NCBI GenBank assembly: GCA_018262715.1
Contig: JADFDS010000041.1
Span: forward strand, 5,697 to 69,696
Origin: Bacteroidota bacterium
GTDB taxonomy: Bacteria; Bacteroidota; Bacteroidia; Bacteroidales; VadinHA17
Reading direction: 5' to 3'
DNA length: 64,000 bases
The notes under the pieces are model-generated. The model had not been told where the DNA came from and made no database searches. It worked only from the letters and a program-made list of their open reading frames with translations. Shown here one piece after another: positions 57,531 through 64,000 of the stretch. A program made the position numbers and the translations under genes. The first letter of the stretch is position 1, and the number at the start of each line of letters is the position of its first letter.

Positions 57531-58298
57531 TTAAATTATTCCTATCCTCGTTGCATAGTTCAGCGCCTCCGAGGTATTGGCCACATCCATTTTCTCAATG
57601 ATCCTCTGGCGGTGATTATTCACCGTGTTGACACTGATGAATAGCTCGTCGGCAATCTCCTTGCTGACCATGCCCCTGGCAAGCAAACCGAGGATCTCAA
57701 TCTCCCGCTTGGTGAGCTGCGACTGCCTCTCTTCAACTTCCTCGGTGAAAGACACCACCTTCCCTGTCTTCATGTTCACCGTACTGCGCAACATCTGCTT
57801 GCTGCCCTGCTGGTTCGGGTTAACATCCATCACGATCAGTATCAGCCACATATTCCCCTGCAGATCCAGCTCCAGGTTTACCAGCTGCTGTATGAACCTG
57901 ATATACTTCCCTTCCCTGTTCCTCAGCCTGAACTCGAAAATGGTCTTATAATCCTTTCGTTCTGCTGGAGGCAGCCCTATAATATGCTCAATTGCCCTGA
58001 TGCTTGTGTCAAGCACAAACGAGATGTCATCCGGGTGCATCAGCCTGAAAAAAAAGGCATAACCCTGTTCGGCGGCAGCCTGCTCGTCATAGTCAATCAG
58101 CTCACGGAAACGGTTACGGACAAAGACGTACCTCTTCTGAAGAATATCGTATATCGTCATTGAGCTGTTCTCCATGAGGGCTATCTGCTCAAGCAACCGC
58201 ATATGGTAGTTCAGTATGGAATAATCTGTGTGTTCAGGGGAGGGCTTCTGGCTGTCGAGAAGCCTGGTCATCCTGTTCTGCAGTGACTGTACGTCCAT
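57531..58298 (-). CDS. LuxR-family transcriptional regulator with N-terminal PAS-like domain
   Basis: C-terminal LuxR HTH (LTKREIEILGLLARGMVSKEIADELFISVNTVNNHRQRIIEKM). The N-terminal 180 aa are PAS-like. Confidence 0.8.
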   Translation of the reverse strand: MDVQSLQNRMTRLLDSQKPSPEHTDYSILNYHMRLLEQIALMENSSMTIYDILQKRYVFVRNRFRELIDYDEQAAAEQGYAFFFRLMHPDDISFVLDTSIRAIEHIIGLPPAERKDYKTIFEFRLRNREGKYIRFIQQLVNLELDLQGNMWLILIVMDVNPNQQGSKQMLRSTVNMKTGKVVSFTEEVEERQSQLTKREIEILGLLARGMVSKEIADELFISVNTVNNHRQRIIEKMDVANTSEALNYATRIGII

Positions 58299-58374
58299 AA
58301 AAATGATGAATGATCACTATTGAGCAGCATTCCGGGCCGCCCGTACTTTGCATAACAAACTTAACCATAAAAAA

Positions 58375-58815
58375 ATGGAAACCGAAAAAAGATTAAAGAT
58401 GCTGCAGCTCTTCTATGCCGGAGTACTTGCAGATTCAGTGAGACGCTACTCCGAAGCCGGCATCCTTGCCGACGTTGAAGCTCAGAAGGAAAAGGAACAG
58501 AAAATGGCCGCGAAGGGTCAGCTGGCACAGCTCCGGATCACCGACCCGTCCGGAATATTCAATGTCTTCTCAGAGGTGTTTGGCTGCATCTCATGGAACA
58601 TCGAGGAGACTGAGGAGAAGCTCACAGCCAGAGGTCACTCATGCCTCCTCTGCGCTATCGCGAAGAAGATGAACCTGCCCAAACCCTGCAACATCTACTG
58701 TATCAATCCCGTCAGGGCACAGGTAGAAGGCCTTGAAAGAGGCTACCGCCTCAACGTCAGATCCACCCTGTGGGAAAGCGACAAATGCGAGTTTGTTGTC
58801 ACCGGGAACAAATAA
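58375..58815 (+). CDS. Small Cys-rich protein, possibly L-2-amino-thiazoline-4-carboxylic acid hydrolase-like
   Basis: C-terminal pattern GHSCLLCAIAKKMNLPKPCNIYCINPV resembles my memory of the ATC-hydrolase family. ATG at 58375; the listed ORF starts at an upstream TTG. Confidence 0.3.
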   Translation: METEKRLKMLQLFYAGVLADSVRRYSEAGILADVEAQKEKEQKMAAKGQLAQLRITDPSGIFNVFSEVFGCISWNIEETEEKLTARGHSCLLCAIAKKMNLPKPCNIYCINPVRAQVEGLERGYRLNVRSTLWESDKCEFVVTGNK

Positions 58816-59157
58816 ATGCCGGCAGCCGTGAAGAATGTTGCAATCACCTTTTTAGCAGTTGCTTTCCTGTTGGCGTTGTCATCAGAGACCGGCAAGCTGA
58901 TATCTGATCCCCGTCAGGAAAGCGAAGTGCGGACCCGGGGCAGCCTGAAAGGGCTGCCCGACAGTCCGCACACTGTCATCTGCAGCCTCTCCGGCACTTT
59001 CGTCAATGAAAGCGGCAGGTGCCTTGTCCTGTGGATTGAATGCAGGAACCGGTACCAAATAGGCGATTGCCTGAACCTGCAGATTGATTTATATTTGTAC
59101 AATGCTCTTAATAGGGAAGACAGGACAATTTCAAGGAGAATTTATTTAAATCCATAA
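58816..59157 (+). CDS. Hypothetical small secreted/membrane protein
   Basis: The ATG immediately follows the preceding stop. The N-terminus is hydrophobic (VAITFLAVAFLLALSS). No recognisable motif, and coding status is uncertain. Confidence 0.3.
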   Translation: MPAAVKNVAITFLAVAFLLALSSETGKLISDPRQESEVRTRGSLKGLPDSPHTVICSLSGTFVNESGRCLVLWIECRNRYQIGDCLNLQIDLYLYNALNREDRTISRRIYLNP

Positions 59158-59227
59158 CAGACCTCTTGAGAAGGATCAGATTAACACCTCCGCGGTTTTC
59201 AGGTGAAGCACTTAAAATTCCCGGCTC

Positions 59228-59698
59228 ATGAATGAAAAGGGAAACAGGAGCAGCCTGAAGGAAAACCTCACGAAGGTAGTGGCTGAGTTATTCTCAACCT
59301 CGGGCACTGTCAGGTGCAAGACACTGTCCGTTGCAACAGGTGTATTCATTGGCCTGTCTCCCGTATGGGGATTTCAGACGGTGACTGCAATTGCAGCGAG
59401 TTATCTTTTCAGGCTTAACAAGATACTGACCATAGGTTCCAGTGCCATAAGCCTGCCCCCTCTGATCCCCGTCATTATCTACGGAAGTTACCGGCTCGGA
59501 GGATTAATCCTCGGCAGCGGGGCAATTGACCCGGATTATAACAGTATCAAAGACTTCAGAGACATCACTGAAGGGATGCTTCAATTCGTTACCGGCAGTC
59601 TTGTCATGGCACTGATCGTGTCATCCGTTGCCGGACTGACAACATTCCTGATACTCCGGAGGCAGGAGCGAAAAAGGAACAGGAAAGCCGGAAACTGA
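59228..59698 (+). CDS. DUF2062 domain-containing membrane protein
   Basis: VATGVFIGLSPVWGFQTVTAIAASYLFRLNKILTIGSSAISLPPLIPVI matches the DUF2062 pattern. Confidence 0.6.
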   Translation: MNEKGNRSSLKENLTKVVAELFSTSGTVRCKTLSVATGVFIGLSPVWGFQTVTAIAASYLFRLNKILTIGSSAISLPPLIPVIIYGSYRLGGLILGSGAIDPDYNSIKDFRDITEGMLQFVTGSLVMALIVSSVAGLTTFLILRRQERKRNRKAGN

Positions 59699-59767
59699 CT
59701 TCGCACCATTTGTGATTCCGGTTTATGTTTAGTAAATTCATGAACTCCTGTTAATCTTTATCTGTTC

Positions 59768-60886
59768 ATGAGCGTACTGAAACTACTGGTTGTTGATGAC
59801 GAACCCGGCATCAGATCAGGCACCGAGAGGGCGATGAGGAACTTCCGGGTGAGTTACCCGTTCCTCGATGAAGACTTCACATATGAGATTATGACTGCAG
59901 AGAGCGGAGAAGAGGCTCTCCGTATTATTGACAGTACCCCCGTCGATATCCTCCTCCTTGACAACAAGCTGCCCGGGATGGACGGCATCGAGGTGCTGGA
60001 ATACATCAGGGAGAAGAAGCATGACATTGCAGTTATGATGATAACCTCATACGCTTCACTTGACCTGGCCGTCAAAGCCACCACCATCGGAGCGCACAGC
60101 TTCATGCCCAAACCCTTCACCCCCCAGGAACTGAGAACCGCAGTGGAAGCCATTACCAAAAACCTCTTCCTGAGGCGTATGACCACCCGCATGACTGAAG
60201 AGGGCAGGCAGAGCCAGTTCCAGTTCCTCTCCGTGCTGTCACATGAACTGAAATCGCCAATCAACGCAGTGGAAGGGTACCTGAACATCATTCTTGAAAA
60301 ACAGGTTGGCGACTCGGTTGATGATTACATGGTGATGCTTGAGAGATGCAAGGAGCGCCTGCGCGGGATGAGAGCCCTCATAACCGACCTGATAGACCTT
60401 ACCAAAATCGAGGCCGGGGAAAAAAACCGCCACATTACCAATGTTGACCTCCACCAGGTGACTAAAAGCGTAATCGACACCATTGAGCCTCTTGCGAAAC
60501 AAAAGAAGGTAAAGATTCATGCCGACATTCCCGAAAACTGCTTCATCAGGGCTGACCGTAACGAGATCGAGATCATAATCAGCAATCTTGTCTCAAATGC
60601 AGTGAAATACAATCATGATGAAGGTGAGGTATTTATAGACATTTCGAGGCCGGATAATACCTGTATAATTGTAGTTGAGGATACCGGGATTGGCATCAGC
60701 AGTGAGGATCAGGGAAGACTGTTCCAGGACTTTGTAAGGATAAGGACCAGTGAGACGAAGAACATATCGGGAAGCGGGCTTGGCCTCTCAATTGCAAAGA
60801 AGATGATTGACCTTTACGGAGGATCCGTGCAGGTTGAAAGCACTCCGGGAAAAGGAAGCAGGTTTACCGTAACCATCCCGTTATAA
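59768..60886 (+). CDS. Hybrid response-regulator receiver / histidine kinase (REC-HisKA-HATPase_c), soluble
   Basis: N-terminal REC (LLVVDDEPG; ILLLDNKLPGMDG; PKPF). H-box FLSVLSHELKSPIN, N-box NLVSNAVKYN, G-boxes DTGIGI and GSGLGLS. No TM or obvious sensor domain. Confidence 0.85.
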   Translation: MSVLKLLVVDDEPGIRSGTERAMRNFRVSYPFLDEDFTYEIMTAESGEEALRIIDSTPVDILLLDNKLPGMDGIEVLEYIREKKHDIAVMMITSYASLDLAVKATTIGAHSFMPKPFTPQELRTAVEAITKNLFLRRMTTRMTEEGRQSQFQFLSVLSHELKSPINAVEGYLNIILEKQVGDSVDDYMVMLERCKERLRGMRALITDLIDLTKIEAGEKNRHITNVDLHQVTKSVIDTIEPLAKQKKVKIHADIPENCFIRADRNEIEIIISNLVSNAVKYNHDEGEVFIDISRPDNTCIIVVEDTGIGISSEDQGRLFQDFVRIRTSETKNISGSGLGLSIAKKMIDLYGGSVQVESTPGKGSRFTVTIPL

Positions 60887-60917
60887 TTCCCTGAAAGAAG
60901 AAACAGATTTAATCTGA

Positions 60918-61979
60918 CTACTCTTCCTCCCTTACCGGGATGACCAGTCTCATGTCAGGCATGGCGAATATGACTCCCTTATTGGCCTGTTTGAGCTCCT
61001 GAACGGTGATATCGTATTTCTTTGCTATATCTGCAAGAGACTCACCTTTTTGCACCTTGTGTATCTTTTTCTTCTCAGGCTGGGCGGGTTTTGGTTTGTC
61101 ATCGCTCTTACTGGCTGAAGGTGTCTGCTGCTGAGCCTGCTGCTGCGTGTCTGCCGCAGGCTGCTCCTCCTGGCGGGGCAGCTGGGTCTCCTGGCGGGGA
61201 GTCTCCTGCCTTGGCAGCTGGGTCTCCTGGCGGGGAGTCTCCTGCCTTGGCAGCTGGGTCTCCTGGCGGGGAGTCTCCTGCCTTGGCATGTTTGTTACTG
61301 CAGCGGTATTACCCCCGGATGCATTTGCCGCAGCTGCGGTGCTCCTGTCAGGAGTTGCAGCAGCGGCTGAAGGAGGTGTCTGCTCCTCAGACACCATTAG
61401 CGCCGATGATGCCGGAATCTTCAGAACCTGGCCCGCCTGAATCCCTCCCGGCGGTATAGAGTTCTCACGATCAATATCCAGAATGGTAACCCTGTAGGCC
61501 TTTGCAATCGAATAAAGAGTCTGGCCCTTCTGTACCTCATGCATGAAAAAAGTCTTTCCGCCCGATATGATCTTTTCACCTGAAATATCTATCCCGGGAA
61601 CACCGCTGGTAAGCGCAGGTCGTGAAGGCTGCGCTGCGGGACGGGGCTGGGTGACAGCAGCAGCCTGCTGAGCCGGCAGACGGGGCTGCGACGCAGCTGA
61701 ACCCTGCTGATCGGGTGCGGGTACCCTCAGCACCTGCCCCGTCTGGATCCCGTTTGGAGGGATGACATTCTCACGTGACAGGGCATCAACGGATACTCTG
61801 TAGGCCTTCGCAATGGAATAGAGAGTCTGGTTCTTCTGAACCTCATGCATGTAATAAACCCTTCCGCCGGAGACCACTTTCTCAGTTGACACCTCCACAG
61901 GTACCTGCGCACTGACGACTGAGGGGACAGTCAGGGTTATAATCAAAGCAAATGTTGGCAGAATGCGCGTCAAAGACAT
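60918..61979 (-). CDS. Secreted triple-LysM peptidoglycan-binding protein with Pro/Gln-rich repeat linker
   Basis: Start chosen at MSLTRILPTFALIITLTVPSVVSAQ (signal peptide). Three LysM domains (two closely related N-terminal copies and one C-terminal). Central (PRQETPRQETQL)x3. Confidence 0.8.
   Translation of the reverse strand: MSLTRILPTFALIITLTVPSVVSAQVPVEVSTEKVVSGGRVYYMHEVQKNQTLYSIAKAYRVSVDALSRENVIPPNGIQTGQVLRVPAPDQQGSAASQPRLPAQQAAAVTQPRPAAQPSRPALTSGVPGIDISGEKIISGGKTFFMHEVQKGQTLYSIAKAYRVTILDIDRENSIPPGGIQAGQVLKIPASSALMVSEEQTPPSAAAATPDRSTAAAANASGGNTAAVTNMPRQETPRQETQLPRQETPRQETQLPRQETPRQETQLPRQEEQPAADTQQQAQQQTPSASKSDDKPKPAQPEKKKIHKVQKGESLADIAKKYDITVQELKQANKGVIFAMPDMRLVIPVREEE
61180..61287. 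repeat. Perfect 3 x 36-bp tandem repeat inside the LysM gene
   Basis: CAGCTGGGTCTCCTGGCGGGGAGTCTCCTGCCTTGG occurs three times head-to-tail (61180, 61216, 61252), in frame. A degenerate partial copy lies upstream. Confidence 0.9.
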
Positions 61980-62095
61980 ACGTTTATGTTTTTCTAAAAC
62001 AAATGTAGTATTTTCAATCCAATGTAACCGACAATGCAAAATAAACATAATCAACAGACAGGTGTTTCTTTTCAGTAATAAAATCTTCTGACCTT

Positions 62096-62752
62096 ATGAA
62101 TTCAATCCGCAGAATGACGACTCTTCTCAGAAATGAGTATCATGGTGAGGGTTTAAACCTCGCCGATTTCTCACATGACCCGGTGGTCCAGTTCGGGCGA
62201 TGGATGGAAGATGCCATCTCGTATAAGGTAATGGATCCCAATGCCGTACACCTCGCCACGGCAGATGCTGAAGGAAGGCCGTCAGGAAGGATCGTGCTTC
62301 TAAGGGACTTCAGCCCGAAGGGATTTACCTTCTTCACGAACTACGGGAGCCGCAAGGGGGATGAGCTGAGAAACAACAGCCATGCTGCAATGACCTTCTT
62401 CTGGAATGAGCTCTACAGGCAGATCCGGATAGGCGGAAGAGTGTCAAGGTTGCCGTCGGATGAATCAGATGCCTACTTCCGCAGCCGACCGCGCGAGAGC
62501 CAGATCAGCGCCGTGGCATCACAGCAGAGCAGGCACCTGGAGAGCAGGGAACTGCTTGACAGAACTGCTGCGGAGACAGAGGAAAAATACAGGGACAGGC
62601 CCATACCAAGGCCTGACGACTGGGGCGGATACTGCCTTGACCCTGATTATGTGGAATTCTGGCAGGGAAGGGAACACCGCCTGCATGACAGGCTGATCTA
62701 CACAAGGAACAGCGACAGGGAGGGGTGGACAATCAGGCTTCTGTATCCCTGA
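62096..62752 (+). CDS. pdxH: Pyridoxamine 5'-phosphate oxidase
   Basis: ..RIVLLRDFSPKGFTFFTNYGSRKG.. and C-terminal ..EFWQGREHRLHDRL.Y are hallmark PdxH motifs. 218 aa. Confidence 0.9.
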   Translation: MNSIRRMTTLLRNEYHGEGLNLADFSHDPVVQFGRWMEDAISYKVMDPNAVHLATADAEGRPSGRIVLLRDFSPKGFTFFTNYGSRKGDELRNNSHAAMTFFWNELYRQIRIGGRVSRLPSDESDAYFRSRPRESQISAVASQQSRHLESRELLDRTAAETEEKYRDRPIPRPDDWGGYCLDPDYVEFWQGREHRLHDRLIYTRNSDREGWTIRLLYP

Positions 62753-62835
62753 AAAGCAGGAACAGCCACTGAGTGTTATCTGTCATCCCGGAAGGCAATC
62801 AGCGCAACACCGCTGTCACACCAGACAGGCGTGAC

Positions 62836-64000
62836 TCACAGGCTGAACTGCAGCTCGGTAAGTGTTTTGTAAAGCCCGTTTCCGTTGGAGATCAGGTCTG
62901 TGTGGGTCCCCTGCTCAACAATCCTTCCATCATTCAGCACTATGATGTGATCTGAGTTGCGTACAGTGGAGAGCCTGTGTGCTATTACGAGTGATGTGCG
63001 TCCCTTCATCAGCTTTTCAAGCGCCTCCTGCACCTGTCGTTCTGATTCGGAATCGAGTGACGAGGTGGCCTCGTCAAGTATCAGTATCCGCGGGTTCTTC
63101 AGCACCGCACGTGCAATGGCAATCCTCTGCCTCTGTCCGCCCGAGAGCTGCACACCTCTCTCTCCCACCACTGTCTCAAGTTGCCCGGGGAATGTCCTGA
63201 TGAAGTCCCACGCGTTGGCCTGTTTCGCAGCATCAATAACCTCATCTTCAGTAGCGCCCGGTTTTCCATAGGCAATATTTTCCCTGATGGTGCCTCCGAA
63301 GAGAAACACATCCTGCATCACCACTGCCATCTGTGACCGCAGGGCTGTCAGGGGGAAGCCTGTGCTGTCGCGGCCGTCAAACAGAATCCTTCCCTCAGTG
63401 GGGTCATAAAGCCTCAGAAGAAGTGAAGCTATCGTAGATTTGCCGGCACCGCTGGGCCCAACCAGTGCCACCTGCCTGCCGGGAGCAACCTCGAAGCTGA
63501 CATCTCTCAGGACCACCACTTCATTGCGCGACGGATACCTGAACCCTACTCCCTCAAAGGTTATCTCACCATTCAGAAGGTGGGCTTCACCGGGAATAAA
63601 TGAAGGATCTATTTCTTCAGTCTTTTCATCAAGCAGTTGCAGCAGGTTCTCCGAAGCGCCTATGGTTTTCTGTAGTCTTGCATAGACTCCCGCCATCCCG
63701 GCGATATTGCCGCCAATGAATCCTGAATAGATTACAAAGGTGAAAAGCTGTCCGGCTTCCATCTGACCCTTTGCAATCATGGTGGCACCCTGCCAGATGA
63801 CAGCCGCCATGGAAACAAAGAACCCCAGAACTATAAATGAGATGGCAGCCTGGTACTTTCCGCCGGTAATGCCTGCCCTGGCCACCTGCTCCGTCTTCTC
63901 ACGATACCGGCGGCTCTCAAATGACTCATTGGTGAAGGCCTTAACGTTCTGTATCCCCTGCAAAGTCTCCTCCACTATGGTGTTTGACTCTGCCACGAAA
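62836..64000 (-). CDS. ABC transporter permease/ATP-binding fusion protein (MsbA/ABCB-type exporter), 5' end beyond window
   Basis: Walker A GPSGAGKST, signature LSGGQRQR, Walker B ILILDEATS, H-loop. The upstream TMD part continues to the window edge; the frame is open at 64000. Confidence 0.85.
   Translation of the reverse strand, partial: FVAESNTIVEETLQGIQNVKAFTNESFESRRYREKTEQVARAGITGGKYQAAISFIVLGFFVSMAAVIWQGATMIAKGQMEAGQLFTFVIYSGFIGGNIAGMAGVYARLQKTIGASENLLQLLDEKTEEIDPSFIPGEAHLLNGEITFEGVGFRYPSRNEVVVLRDVSFEVAPGRQVALVGPSGAGKSTIASLLLRLYDPTEGRILFDGRDSTGFPLTALRSQMAVVMQDVFLFGGTIRENIAYGKPGATEDEVIDAAKQANAWDFIRTFPGQLETVVGERGVQLSGGQRQRIAIARAVLKNPRILILDEATSSLDSESERQVQEALEKLMKGRTSLVIAHRLSTVRNSDHIIVLNDGRIVEQGTHTDLISNGNGLYKTLTELQFSL

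Noticed and set aside
52468-59160. An intact integrative element or prophage at tRNA-Pro.
   Set aside because: No integrase, excisionase, transposase, or phage or conjugation genes are present, and I found no repeat of the tRNA 3' end. At most this is a decayed island, as noted in the findings.
61180-61287. Possible CRISPR array, because of the 36-bp repeats.
   Set aside because: The repeats are directly adjacent with no spacers, lie in frame inside a LysM protein gene, and have no cas genes nearby.

Overview
This 64-kb chromosomal segment looks like a Bacteroidota genome. The supporting signs are a DUF5683-parB-parA block, a T9SS PorQ-like barrel, DUF4492-cydAB, a DAHP synthase with C-terminal chorismate mutase, type-B L31, and TAnnTTTG-type -7 boxes 17-38 nt upstream of several start codons. 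I call about 60 protein genes at high coding density, mostly on the minus strand, plus tRNA-His(GTG) and tRNA-Pro(CGG). I saw no rRNA, CRISPR array, transposase or integrase. Most of the content is housekeeping: chromosome partitioning, phospholipid synthesis (pssA, cdsA, psd), FtsH, Lon, cytochrome bd, Etf/acyl-CoA dehydrogenase, pfkA, ispH, cmk, pyrE, coaD and pdxH. Two regions stand out. (1) 33.5-42.1 kb. An FNR-like regulator is co-transcribed with the fused CcsBA cytochrome c synthase. It is flanked by a divergent hexaheme lipoprotein with a collagen-like N-terminal stalk and by a tight five-gene operon: CXXCH lipoprotein, 278-aa beta-barrel, membrane-anchored heptaheme cytochrome, cytochrome b, monoheme cytochrome c. 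The locus holds 15 CXXCH motifs in total, and both promoter regions carry the same TTGATnTTTGTCA FNR-type box. I read it as a candidate oxygen-regulated quinol-to-cell-envelope electron conduit whose layout does not match Nrf, Otr, Hao, ACIII or Mtr. This is inference only. (2) 52.5-59.2 kb, downstream of tRNA-Pro. This is a visibly AT-richer islet with a membrane AraC regulator, a flavodoxin, an unknown 448-aa protein, an orphan GyrA/ParC C-terminal fragment, a macro-domain protein, a shortened MazG-like gene and a LuxR-type regulator. Smaller oddities are a fused SGNH-MBOAT acyltransferase next to a LysM lytic transglycosylase, pyrE and a Nudix gene whose start codons abut head-to-head (CATATG), two adjacent U-U mismatches in the hand-folded tRNA-His acceptor stem, and a perfect 3 x 36-bp in-frame repeat in a LysM protein. 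All calls come from reading the ORF translations and the sequence by eye; no searches were run.
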